Shown here: positions 41,530-58,655 of the stretch, in pieces | How positions within the stretch are numbered: the first letter of the stretch is position 1 | Layout of the letters: the number at the start of each line of letters is the position of its first letter | From: the human T2T-CHM13v2.0 reference genome, Homo sapiens | DNA length: 64,000 nt | Direction: 5' to 3' (one strand) | Assembly: GCF_009914755.1 (NCBI RefSeq) | Contig: NC_060931.1 | The notes under the pieces: model-generated | The model's input: the letters and a program-made list of their open reading frames with translations, nothing else | Database searches by the model: none | Told to the model about the DNA's origin: nothing | Position numbers and translations under genes: made by a program

Positions 41530-42620
41530 GGAGCGCGCCGGGCCGGCCCCGCGGTGGGTTCGCTCGGGGACGCACGCGGGTGGACTAGGGGACCGAGCCC
41601 AGGCGCCCATGACCCGGGCCGCGACAGCCGAGCCGGGCCGCGTGTCTCCCGCCTCGCCCGCGCGCAGCACGGCGGGCCTGCCGCGCGCCTTCCTGCAGAG
41701 CCTGCGCACCCTGTTAGACATCCTGGACGACTGGCAGCGCGGCTGCGTGCACCTGCGAGAGATCCAGTCCCTCTGGGTCGAAGCGCGGGAGCTGCCAAGC
41801 GGGGTGCTGGAGGGCCTGAGCCAGGTGACCCCAGCCAGCGGCTACCTAACCTTCCAGCGCTTCGTGGCCGGCCTACGCACCTCGCTGCTGACAGCCGACG
41901 GCAGCACCCCGGACCAGGCGCCGCCGCCGCCGCCGCAGCCGCCGCCGCCGTCTCCGCCTCCGCCTCCGCCCCCGCAGCGCCTGGTGTTTGCACCGGCGGA
42001 CGATCTGCTGACGGTTCTGGAGAGGAAGCCCCTGTCCCTGGGCGTTCGCGCCCCTCTGGCCTGTCCCAGCGGCGCGGGCCGCAGCCGGGAGCAGCTGTAC
42101 GCTCCCGCCGAGGCGGCGCAGTGCCCCGCGGGGCCCGAGCGGTTCCAGAGCGCTGCGCTGGAACGGAGACCCGGCGCGGACGCAGGTGCAGCGGCCTGCA
42201 GCGCCTTGGAGGCGGATTCAGGGGATGCCCGGCGGACCCCTGTGCCCGAGGGGAACACCGGAGGCACACCATCACCAGCGGCGTGGACTGCGGCCTGCTG
42301 AAGCAGATGAAGGAGCTGGAGCAGGAGAAGGAGGTGCTGCTACAGGGTTTGGAGATGATGGCGCAGGGCCGCGATTGGTACCAGCAGCAGCTGCAACAAG
42401 TGCAGGAGCGCCAGTGCCGCCTGGGCCAGAGCAGAGCCAGCGCCGACTTTGGGGCCGTGGGGAGCCCTCGCCCACTGGGACGGCTACTGCCCAAGGTACA
42501 GGAGGTGGCCCGGTGGCTGGGGGAGCTGCTGGCTGAGGCCTGTGCCGGTCGGGCCCTGCCCACATCCTCCTCCGGGCCCCCTTGCTCTGCCCTGACGTCC
42601 ACCTCGTCCCCGGGCTGGCA
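41530..42620. promoter_or_regulatory. CpG-island-like segment carried by the SAPCD2 retrocopy
   Basis: Very high GC and CpG density against AT-rich flanks (by eye). Confidence 0.7.
41918..41974 (+). repeat. Interrupted (CCG)n trinucleotide repeat
   Basis: gcgccgccgccgccgccgcagccgccgccgccgtctccgcctccgcctccgcccccg. Confidence 0.9.
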
Positions 42621-43963
42621 GCAGCAGATCATCCTCATGCTGAAGGAGCAGAACCGACTCCTCACCCAGGAGGTGACCGAGAAGAGTGAGCGCATCACGC
42701 AGCTGGAGCAGAAGTCGGCGCTCATTAAGCAGCTATTTGAGGCCCGCGCCCTGAGCCAGCAGGATGGGGGTCCTCTGGACTCCACCTTTATCTTTCCCGT
42801 GTGGGCTGAGCCGGCCCCCGCAGGGCCGGCCTGGCACTCAGCCCTTCGAGGGCGGGCGCTTCGTCGCACCCAGCCTCTCTGGCTGGAGACCCCCGGCAGG
42901 CCCAGGCAGTTCAGGAGTGGGCGCCTTCCTGCCCGCCTTGCCATCCGGGCTCCCCAGGCCTGTCCCCGGCTGGCCCCCACATTGAGCCCTTGACTCGGTT
43001 TCGGCTTCCGGTGCTGACATGGGCTGGGGCTCTCTTGAGTCCGCATAGTCCGCAGCTACTACTGCCGCTGTCAGCGGACAGTGGGGGACCCCTCCACGAG
43101 TTACCAGATACCTGGTTTCCAGCGGTGCTGCTTTGGGTCCCATCTCCAGGGAAAAGAACTGCTCACGCCAGGCTGCACTTCCACCAAAGGCCAGCAGAGG
43201 GCGCGTGGCAGCTCGGATGCGGCGCTGAGGCTGCGCCCGAGACCTGCGGGTCCAAGGGCAGCTTCCCCCACCCCCCGCCCGCCTCAACCAGGGCACCAGG
43301 ACAAAGTGGCTGTCGCTCGGACGGGAGCAGATGGAGGGGGTGGGGATGGCCTCTAAGCGGGGGATGCCCGCCTGGCAGAGGAGCCCCAGGGATGGCGGTC
43401 GGGTTTCAGGTCCCGGCCAAGCTTGAGGGACTCTGACTGCAGCAGATGGGGGAGCCAGGTGGGCGAGAGTTGGGCCTGCGTGTGCCTCCCGCAGACCCCG
43501 GGGTGATGGCCTTCCTCATCCTGGCCAGGACGCTGCCCCACTTTGAGTCCCACAAAACAACCTGTGAGCCTGACTCCCTCGGAGGGCCCTGTCCCCAGGA
43601 GGGGGGTCAGCCTGGGCCTCCAGACAGTTCCCAGGCATGTCATAGGGAGAGTCTGTCACCCCCGACTCAGGATTCCCAAGGTCTGGGGTCCTGCTCACCC
43701 TCCTTTCCTCCCACGCCCAGGCTGACCCCAGGTTTCTATGGGGAGAGGCCACTTCCCTCAGCCAAGGAAAAGGAGAACACCCAGGGTACAGGAGGAGGCT
43801 GGGGCAGGTCCCCTTTGGTGTCACTCCCTGCCCCCCTGCCCAGGCCCTCTCCCGCTGGTGCTAGGATACGCACTGGTGGGGGCCCCCTACTCAGCCCAGC
43901 CTGGCGGGCCCCAGTGCCACCAGAACCAGGGGCACGGCAACATCATGGGTGGGTTCTGCAGCC

Positions 43964-44159
43964 CAGGGCCTCCGATGCACAGTCAGTGTGTGTGGGGCAC
44001 AGAGCCCCCGATGCGGCGTCAGTGTGTGTGGGGCACAGGGCCCCCTATGCGGGGTCAGTGTGTGTTGGGCGCAGGGACCCTGATGAGGGGTCAGTGTGTG
44101 GGGGGCGTAGGGCCCCCGATGCAGGGTCAGTGTGTGGGGGAAGCAGGGACCCCTCATGC
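43964..44159 (+). repeat. 36-bp minisatellite, ~5.4 copies
   Basis: Unit cagggcccccgatgcggggtcagtgtgtgtggggcg at 43964, 44000, 44036, 44072, 44108 and a partial copy at 44144. Confidence 0.92.
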
Positions 44160-44929
44160 CCAGGACACTTTGGTACACTGTCCCACAAGGCACCCTGTCT
44201 CAGAGGAGGGGTCCTGGCAGGCAGAGCGGCAACTCTCTTCTGGAACCCAGCTCCATGCCAACCTTCCCACAGCAACCCCACAGAGCCACATCCCCTGCTG
44301 CACCCGGGCTGCAGGGGTGTTCCAGGACAGGCCCAAGACAGCCCAGCGTGCAGCTGCCCTCTTACCCTGAGGATGGGAGTGGGCTTTCCAGGGGACATAA
44401 AGACGCCAGGCCTGGACCTCCTGGGCGGGAAAGGGAGCGGGTCCTGAAGGCCTGTGCCCCACAGCCCCAGCACCAGGTGGACTGCAGCGCAGTGGGTGGG
44501 CCAGCGGCAGCCGGGGAGAAGCCCCCCATCAGCAGGCTGGGGTCTGCCCACTAGGGCCTCCCCATGTCTGCCTTTGAGGGTGCCTGACGTGCGCTAGGGG
44601 ATCCGGGCATCTTTACAGGACTGGAAGCAGGAGACAGAACAGTGTCTGTCCCGGGGTGATTTCATCAGAAGACCGCCCACGTAGAGCTGGACCCCGCAGC
44701 TAAAGCGGAAATGTGAGACAGGCTGGCACCTCCGGAAAAAATGCCTCTCAGCCTTGGTGTTCCATGCAAGGTGAGAAAAAAAAATAGGTCCTCCAAGTTT
44801 ACAGCTTGCAATCAGGCTAGTGTGTGGCCCTACAGACCACGAGGGGAGAATATAAAGTGGCCCCAGCTGGCACTGTCTAGGTGGCTGGCAGAGGCACATG
44901 CAGACCCTGCCTTGAGCCCGCCCTAGTAA

Positions 44930-45102
44930 TGCTGCGCGGGTCAGTCTCCTGGCAGGATGTGAGCAGCATCTCTGGCCTCTATCCACGAGATGCCATAGCT
45001 TGCGCAGGTACGTACAAGTGCGTGCACACACAGTTGTGACAGCCAGAACTGTCTCAGGATGTCAAAATGTGTCCCTGGGGGCAGAAGTGTCCCTGGTTGA
45101 GA
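44930..45102. mobile_element. MER20 DNA transposon remnant in the retrocopied 3'UTR
   Basis: gcagcatctctggcctctatccacgagatgcca...aaatgtgtccctgggggcagaagtgtccctggttgagaa. Confidence 0.65.
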
Positions 45103-45180
45103 ATCTGCCCCAGAGGAACACAACCACACCAGGTCTCAGGATTTTGTGTTGATCAAGTTCCAAGGAGAACGACTATCTCG

Positions 45181-45310
45181 GCCGACCGCAGTGGTTCACG
45201 CCTGGAATTCCAGCACTTGAGGCCAGGAGTTCGAGACCAGCCTGGGCAACGTAGTGAGAGACCCCATCTCTACAGAAAAAAAAAAAAAAGAAAGAAAGAG
45301 AGAAAAGAAA
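45181..45310 (+). mobile_element. Alu left monomer (FLAM-like) in the retrocopied 3'UTR
   Basis: gaggccaggagttcgagaccagcctgggcaac + A-rich tail. Confidence 0.75.
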
Positions 45311-45698
45311 ATGAGATATCCAGTTTTAAAATTCATAAACACAAGAAAACAATACACTATGAGACCCAGCAGAAACAACAGGTAGACACGGATACTGGAA
45401 TTATCAGACAGAATATGAAGTAACAGTGTTTTATATATCTAAAGGAATAAAAGATATTTCTGGAATCATGAAAAAAAATTCTTGTTTTATCACATGATCA
45501 TTCAAACCATCCTTAAGTGTTAGAAATGTACTACAGCATTTCCAAACTTAAGCCCAAAGTAGTATAATTACATCACTCTGAATTGGTGCAGATTTGTAGT
45601 GTCTTAAAATGTAAAGATTTGCATAAATGCATAAAATAATTTGTACTAATTTTTTAAAGTGGAAAATAAAATTCAAATTCAAATATGATTCATAATTT

Positions 45699-45995
45699 AT
45701 TATTATTATTATACTTTAAGTTCTAGGGTGCATGTGCACAACCTGCAGGTTTGTTACATATGTATACATGTGCCATGTTGGTGTGCTGCACCCATTAACT
45801 TGTCATTTAGCATTAGGTATATCTCCTAATGCTATCCCTCCCCCTTACCCCCACCCCACGACAGGGCCTGGTGTGTGATGTTCCCCACCCTGTGTCCAAG
45901 CATTCTCATTGTTCAAGTCCCACCTTTGAGTGAGAACATGTGGCGTTTGGTTTTCTGTCCTTGCGATAGTTTGCACAGAATGATGGTTTCTAGCT
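45699..45995 (-). mobile_element. L1PA 3' end, ~300 bp, 5'-truncated
   Basis: L1PA 3'UTR; TSD tgatt(a)cataattt on both sides. Confidence 0.88.
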
Positions 45996-46084
45996 TGATT
46001 ACATAATTTCAAATTTTCTTCCACCGATCTATACATTTATATATTCATAATATTAATATTTCATCTAGGAATACCTACTGACTA

Positions 46085-46570
46085 GTTATAATTCAGTGAG
46101 ATGTAAGAACAAATTGTGAGAGAATTACAGACATCATCCCACCTGAGTCTTGATCACTCACTGATAATGAAGCTGAGAAACAGACACTCACCCGGCTGAG
46201 TCTTGGAGTGAGTCTGTGTGTGAATTGTGGTCCCTGAGCCATGGTTATAAGGAAAGGATACTGTGAGTTCATCCCCCTCAGGCCCATAATTGTCATGTCA
46301 CCTGTAGAAGCAGGATGGCACTGGCCCTGGGATTGTTAGAAAGGGAGCCACCAAGGAGAAAACTAAATGTACCTAATTCCTGAAAACAGCAGAGTATCCA
46401 CAGCTGGGTTCTGAAGTTTAGAATGAGAGCGCTTATTTTCTTAGGTAACCTTGCACAGGTGAATTGCCTCCTCACAGTCCTCGTCAACAAAACAGATGTT
46501 AAAGAATAACTTTAACTTCAAACCGTCTTTACATTTTCCTGTCAGATTACCAAATGTTTCCTTACTGAAA
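46085..46570 (-). promoter_or_regulatory. Candidate V1R promoter / non-coding first exon, copy B
   Basis: Homologous to 18770-19270; TTATAA at 46245-46250; cataattg; minus-strand donors gtgagt at 46186-46191 and 46156-46161. Confidence 0.6.
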
Positions 46571-48389
46571 AAAAAAAAAACTATGCATACATACAATGGG
46601 ATGAATGAATATCACAATGTTGCATACAAGAAACCAGATTAAAAAGCATGCATAGTATCTAATTCCATTCATGAAAAAAATCAAAAAGCAAACAAAACTG
46701 AGTTTCTGGCTTCAGGTAAGAGTGAAGTAGCTTGTTTAACAAGACTCTCACAGGAAAAATAATACATTTTTGATAAAATATGATATGTAATTATATAGAA
46801 ATATATTTATATGTAATACATATGGTATACTACATGGGTGGGTAAGAAGTGAATGAGAATTTCAGCTTTGTCCACTGTAGGGGAGATAGGGATTCGAGTT
46901 GAGTTCAAATTAAGTTTCTTCTAGAAAAATAATAATCCTCAAGAAACATAACAGAATCCAGAGTCTCTATAATTGTCATTTATAGTTTCTAGCACATAAT
47001 TTTAAAATTCATGAGATGTGTGAAAAAAGCAGGATAATGTAATTCATATACAAGACTAAAACTAAAACAGGCATCAGAAGCTATCTCCAAGATGTTCAAG
47101 GTGTTGTAATAAGATGACAAGAATTGGAAAGCAGCTATTATAAATATGGTCGTGGAGGTAAAGAAAAATATTCTCATAATGATTGAGCAGATGTGGGATC
47201 TCAGCAGAGAAATGGAAATTATAAAAGAACCAAATAGAAATATGATAATAAAAAAGAACTGTTGAGAGGATCAACTGATTAGAAACAGAAGAAATAAACT
47301 TAAAGACAAAGCCCTAGAAATTAACCAATCTGAAGACAACATTTCAGATGAATGATTGAAGAAAAATGAAAAGAGCCCTACAGATTTGTGAGATGACTGA
47401 GTCCTACTACACAAGGCCTGCCTTCCCCAGTGTCGAGTCCACAGTGCAGCTGACCTGCTCCTGCCTGAGCATTTCAGCTGTGGCCCGCATTCTTCTGAGA
47501 GCCCGGCCCCAGAGGCCAGTGGACCACCCTGGGGCTCCTGCCACAGTCACTACTGCCACTGCTATTGCTGCCACAAGGCCAAGGAGGAATTGTGGAGACC
47601 AGGCACTTTCCTGCACCCCAACAGTGGAATCCACCCTGTTTTTGAGGAGGGGAGGTGGCAAGTGGGCCACAATGTTTCACAGCTGCCAGCCTCCACTGCA
47701 GCCACTGAGAGGGGGCCTATGCTCCCCAGCAACAGGCCCATCACATAGCCGCACTGCTCTTGTCTAGGCATTTTGGTTTCAGCTGCGCACTCTTCTGAGG
47801 CATTGCAACTGCAAAAAACCAGCCCAGTGCAGAGCTGCCTGACATGGAGTTCCCTCCCCAGCTGCTGGCAGAGCAGTTGACTCTGATGGAAGGAGTGAGC
47901 AGCTCTGCTCTTCAGGGCAGGGCAGGGTCAGGCCATGCCTCTGGCACCAGCTTTCTCAGACCAGCCATTCCCTGACTAGAGTCTAGTGATCTGGGTCTTA
48001 TCCCAGCTCCACGTTTCACCAACTGTGTGACCTGGATGAGTTTCTTCACCCACTAGCCTTTCCTGTCCACCTGCAGACAGTGGATATAGGACACAAACAG
48101 TGCCAACCGCAAAGAGTGACTGGGCACATCAAATGAGATGGGACAGATAGGAAGAAAAGTGGAGGCCTGGCCCATTTGTTGGTGGAGGTGCTCACTGAGG
48201 TGCAAGCAGGTCTATAGGTCACCCACCCATCTGCCCAGGAGCCTCACCTGCCTGAGCACTTATTAGGCACCTGATGTACAGGGATTCTATGGCAGACACC
48301 CAACACAGCCCTTAGTTGTGGCTCCCACATTATTCTCCCACCTTGCTCCCAAAGTGCGGGGATTATAGGCATGAGCCACCACCCAAGCT

Positions 48390-49470
48390 TAAATTTTTGT
48401 TTCCTTTTTTTTCTTTTTATATGCTTTAATTACTTTCTCTTTTTCTTCTGTGTATCTACTATGGTTTTTTCTTCCCAGTGGTTATCATGAGACTTACATA
48501 AAACATCTTGTATCTTAACAATCTTGTTTGAGATGATGACAATTTAACTTCTATGCATAGAAAAACTTTACAAATTGTCTCCCTTTCACACATTTTGTAC
48601 TATATATGTCACACTTTACAACTTTTTGTGTTGTGTGTCCATTAACAAATTATTGTAGCTATTTTATTTTTAATACTTTTTATAAATCTTACACTAAAGG
48701 TCAAAGTGACTTATGCAAAACCACTACAGTATTAGAGTATTCTAAATTTCACTATGTATTTACCATTTTCAGTGACATTTATACTTTAATATTTTTCATA
48801 TTATTTAAATTTGATCATATCAATATAAAGACTTCCTTTTAGCATTTCTTGCAGGACAGGTTGAGGCGTGATAAATTCCCTCACCTTCTTTTTTGTCTTG
48901 AAATGTTGGAATGTCTTGACCTCTATTATTTCTAAAGAACAGCCTTGTTGCATAAACTCTTCTTAATTGTCAGTTTTTTTCCTTCTTTCAGCATTTTGAA
49001 TATATGTTCTCCCAGTTTTCTTACAAAGTTTCTGCTGAAAAATCCACTAATACCATTATAAAGGTTTCCTTCTATGTGAAGAATTTATCTCATGCTGTTT
49101 TCAAGGTTTGTGCTTTATCTCTGTATTTTGACAATCATAATGTGTTCAAGGGCAATCTTTATTAGGTTCTTCTTGCTGAAGGTATTTTGAGCTTCATAAA
49201 ACTTGATGTTCATATTCTTCTCTAGATTTGGAAAGTTTAAAGACATTATATATTTAAATCTCTTTTCCTCTCTCTCCCTTTTTCTGAAATTTCTGAAATG
49301 TGTATATTTGTTCACTTTATGATTGGTTACTTTTAAATAACCTGTCTTTGAGCTTGCTGAATTTTTCTTCTTTAGGATTGATTCTCCTGTTAAACATCTC
49401 TATTACATTTTTTCAGTTCTGCCACTGTTTATTTCAGTTCCAATTTCTGTATATATTTTTTTACTTGCTC
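48390..49470 (-). mobile_element. Ancient L1M fragment (ORF1 and inter-ORF region)
   Basis: Degenerate antisense L1 text (gtttctgctgaaaaatccact, tctagatttggaaagttt). Confidence 0.6.
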
Positions 49471-50325
49471 AATCTCTTTATTTAGTGGCACACATAGAAT
49501 GAATGAATGAGCTCTTAGTTGTGGCATACTTAGTAAGTCTGATCTTGCTTATAGAAATAGGATCTTAATACTTCGTTCTCAGAAAACTTTAAAACCCAAG
49601 CCACAGTTTTTCTTTCAAGGATATGGAAAGTATTCCTCATTCAAATCTGATTAATGGTTTTATAAAATATGTACCTCATTTTTATTAGTCATTATCTTCA
49701 TGCTGGATTCTAATATTCTTTTTGATGTTGATGTGTTCGATGACAGAAACTTATAGAGAGAAAATTCCTTCCTTCTCAGTTGATAAACAAAAATTTTAAA
49801 AGCAACATTTTTGATGTGGTAGGAAGACATTTATATGACATATGCAGCAACTACCTTAAACTGGCAAAAATAACAAAAGAAAAAATTGTTATTTATCCTT
49901 TAAATAATGAGTCTCTATTTGCTACAAATCTACAAATATTTTAAATATATTTCCTTCTACTGCAATAAAAATTAAGATAACCTTCTGTTTAACAGCTTTT
50001 GAAGATGTTAATTTTATAAGGAAATAAAAAAGATTGACTTGCCTCCTGAATGTGCAGTGATAAACTGAACCCTAATTTCCCTCCCTCAAGAACATAAAAA
50101 TGATGTAAACTGTATCAAAGTATGTAACAAGTTAATATTAAAAATAATTCTTCATATGGTATTTTGTAATCAATGTAAAAAGAATGTAAAAATGTGTTTT
50201 TGCTTGAAGATTTAGTGACTGTCCAAGGAATCACAATTTTTGAGCTTTTATATCGCGAGTACTATGCTATGTGAAAATACTATAGTGCTTCATATAAAAA
50301 AGCACAGTGATAAAATTCCACATGT

Positions 50326-50646
<321 letters not shown>

Positions 50647-50719
50647 TTATCTCATTGTTTTGACTTTAGATTATTCTCTATATTAAACATTCTTGATTAA
50701 TGTAAAGTTTGAAAATGTT

Positions 50720-50956
50720 AGTGCCTTTGTACTTTATCGTGGAAATTCTCTGATGTTTATTTAGACTTGATTTTTGAATACTTCTTCACATTTATTGCAT
50801 TTGAAAAGTTTCCCTAGGAAGAATTCTCTATGAATTCTGGTTATTTCTAAGGTTTATATTTTAGATCAAACTCTTTCTACATCCATTACATGTACAGTAT
50901 TTCTCTAGTATGAATTATCTGATGTTGAGTAAAGTGTGAACTATAGTTAAAGGCAA
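50720..50956 (-). pseudogene. Decayed KRAB-type C2H2 zinc-finger array fragment
   Basis: Minus strand gcc ttt aac tat agt tca cac ttt act caa cat cag ata att cat act aga gaa = AFNYSSHFTQHQIIHTRE, then frameshifted CNGCRKS and FKCNKCEE. Confidence 0.7.
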
Positions 50957-51059
50957 AAGAGCACATAGAAAGCAAATGTTTTATTCATTAAGATAAATTA
51001 ATAATCTGTTTTCTATTTTAAAGAGAGTGTGAAGGATTTTTTTAGCTAGTCATCATCCT

Positions 51060-51362
51060 TTATTTATTTTTATTTATTTATTTTTTTGAGATGGAGTTTC
51101 ACTCTTGTTGCCCAGGCTGGAGGGCAATCTCGGCTCACCACAATTTCTGCCTCCTGGATTCAAGCGATTCTCCTGCCTCAGCCTTTTGGGTAGCTGGGAT
51201 TACAGGCATGCACCACCATGTCTGGCTAATTTTGTATTTTTAGTAGATATGGGGTTTCTCCATGTTGGTCAGGCTGGTCTCGAACTCTCGACCTTAGGGG
51301 ATCTGCCCGTCTTGGCTTCCCAAAGTGCTGGGATTACAGACATGAGCCACCGCGCCCGGCTG
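51060..51362 (-). mobile_element. AluSp-like
   Basis: Antisense Alu; TSD gtcatcatccttt / gtcgtcatccttt. Confidence 0.9.
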
Positions 51363-53209
51363 TCGTCATCCTTTATATAGACAGATGAGGGGTCCCTGGG
51401 TGCTGGAAAAGGGGTCTCATGCCCACTTAGATATCCAAGAAGGTTCTGGTTGGAATTCTTTCATTTAACACAGAAATACTAAGCACTTAACTTTGTGTAG
51501 TTACTTTTCTAGAACCTTGGCATAATTCAATGACTACAGCATTTAGATCTCTGGGCCTCAATTCTATTCAACGAGTTAGACACTCCTTCAAAGTAGACAG
51601 ACATCATAGCAGGTCATGTCCACAGAATGTGGGATAAGATGCCCAATGGCCTCTTCTAGGTAGGGAGGCAGTCTCTCAGATTCTGACCAAGATGACAGAT
51701 CCCAGGACTAACTATAACGTGGGTGGAATTTGAGTTCATAATAAGGGCCTCCTGTACCCCAAATATATGGGGGAAATACAAACAACATGGTTGGGAAGAG
51801 GCCGAAAGAACCCTGGGCCTCGTGCATCTATGATTCCCATGAGAAGGCTGGAGTCTGGGTGTTCTGCAGAATAAAAGGAGTCAAAGAGGCTGCAGATGGG
51901 CCTCAGACCCCCTACCAAGAAGAGAGGAGGCTGGAGCTCCCAGCCAGCCCTTGACAGACCCATCCCCATCACAGTCACATCCCAGCTCTGCCTGTCCCCC
52001 TCTATCCCACATCCAGGGGGCCCAGAACTGGAGTTATGATAAGCAGCCTGCCTCTCATAACCCTCCTTCTGTGGGTGTCATACACAGACCTGGCAGGGAG
52101 CATGCCTGCCGGTAGTTGAGGGCACTAGTTGAAGAAGCTAAGGTCCCCTCCCCGCCTTGGGCACCTCGGCCTGCGTCATTGCGCTCTGCCTGGCTGCGGC
52201 CGCTGTGGCCAACACCTCCCCGGAGCTCCTGGAGAGCGAGGCGAAGAAAGACTCAGCCGGCACAAGGCAAAGGTTCAGCGGGTTGAGGGTTCAAGGACAC
52301 GGAACGGGTGCCTGGGTGGAAAGCGGTCACCAGGTGTGAGTGTCACCGTGGGGCCAGTGCCCAGTTTTGCTGCCCCCGCTTCCTGAAGATCGCAGCTGGA
52401 GCCACCTGGGCGCAGCGTTTGATGTGGCACCTGCAGTGGCCAAAGTGACACCCAACCGTGAGGACGCTGCAGGGAGTCGGCACGGAGACATCTGTCCCCT
52501 CTGTCCCAAGGTCCCAGTTCCTGGCCAGCTTTGACCAAAGTGAGAGGCTGGACTTTGGAGTGTGGGTATGAGTGCATGAGCTCATGTCCAGCCCCCCAGT
52601 GCTGGGCACGACAAGGTGACACCCTCTAGCGTCACCACTGCCCCCACCCTGCTTTCATACCTGGTGGGCTAATAGGGATGCTGGCAGATGTCCCAGGGCT
52701 GTGGGGCCGCTGGCTGTCAAGGTCAGGAAGAACGTGGTGGCTCTTCTAGAAGGGTTTGTGGGGCCAGCAGGGGGAAGGGTGCTCCCATCCCAACCTGCAG
52801 GCATAACACGGTCCCCGAGGTGCAACACCTACTGTCCCCAGCTGAGCCGGGCTAAGTGCTGTGCATGCCACCTGCTCCTTACATGTGCCCCAGGCTCCAC
52901 GCAGTAAGCTGAGAGCAGTGGCTTGGTGGGCGGCTGCCAGGCACCTGCCCACTTGGGACAGCCATTCTAGGGGGACTGAGGCTTCCTCATCCCTAGCCTG
53001 GCAGCTTTGCAGGAAGGCTGTCGCCTGATAAGTGGAAGGGGAGGGTTTGGAGAGGGGCAATGGCCCAGCCAACCTGAGTAATTTCCAAGTGAATGAGCTG
53101 GGGATCTGGCCCACAAGGTGGGGCTGGTGGTTGGCTTCTGTCTGCAGGAAGCCTGGGACCCCCATCTAACAAAGGAGGACCCAGGCTGGGGTGAAGAAGC
53201 TATCAGAGT

Positions 53210-58172
<4,963 letters not shown>

Positions 58173-58419
58173 TTGTTCTCAGAGTTAGATAGATACAAGC
58201 AGCCCTCCTCCAAAGATTGGTTCTTGATTTCGGTCCCCTATTCACACCCTTTATTGAGATGAGTCTCCACTTTCTCTGTGTATCAAACCCTCCCAATAAA
58301 TCTAAGATGAAGAGAATGGAGCCAGGCAGTGTGCTGCCCAGGGAATTCTCTAATCCCTGGCCCATAGATAAACCCCATCCATACTCCCTCTCATGCTGCA
58401 CTACCACCTGTGCCACCAG

Positions 58420-58655
58420 GGTCAGGTTTTGGTATCAGGATGGTGAAGTCCTCATTAGATGAGTTAGGAGGAGTCCCTCTTTTTCAATCGTTTGGAATAG
58501 CTTCAGAAGAAATGGTACCAGCTCCTCTTTGTACCTCTGGCAGAATTTGGCTGTGAAAACATATGGTCCTGGGCTTTTTTTGGTTAACAGGCTATTTATT
58601 ACTGCCTCAATTTTATAACTTGTTATTGGTTTATTCAAAGATTCAACTTCTTTCA
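58420..58655 (-). mobile_element. L1 ORF2 fragment in the spacer of the inverted duplication
   Basis: [10 protein letters not shown]...[22 protein letters not shown]. Confidence 0.85.

Larger units (their letters stand above)
41530..45478 (+). pseudogene. SAPCD2: SAPCD2 (C9orf140/p42.3) full-length processed pseudogene
   Basis: GLPRAFLQSLRTL.DILDD...YLTFQRFVAGLRTSLL (ATG 41609); after a 1-bp frameshift near 42239, RRHTITSGVDCGLLKQMKELEQEKEVLLQGLEMM...GGPLDSTFI. Intronless, long 3'UTR, AATAAA at 45446, A8 at 45471, TSD aaagtcttg (41521-41529) / aaattcttg (45476-45484). Symbol is the parent gene; possibly SAPCD2P1 (recollection only). Confidence 0.96.

Noticed and set aside
41518-42993. 491-aa ORF as an intact gene
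   Set aside because: Starts at TTG; the N-terminal half is an off-frame reading of SAPCD2 joined to the true frame by the frameshift.
41367-43046. 559-aa minus-strand ORF and other long overlapping ORFs
   Set aside because: Antisense or alternative frames of the GC-rich SAPCD2 retrocopy; few stops are expected at this GC content and no domain is recognisable.
43964-44159. CRISPR-like 36-bp periodicity
   Set aside because: Head-to-tail units with no unique spacers, no cas genes, eukaryotic context.
43446-44447. 333-aa ORF with repeated SVCVG motifs
   Set aside because: Translation of the GC-rich 3'UTR and its 36-bp minisatellite.
47366-47830. GC-richer block with a 133-aa ORF and a Cys/His-rich alternative frame
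   Set aside because: No recognisable protein family; more likely the 5' region of an old L1, which I cannot confirm by eye.
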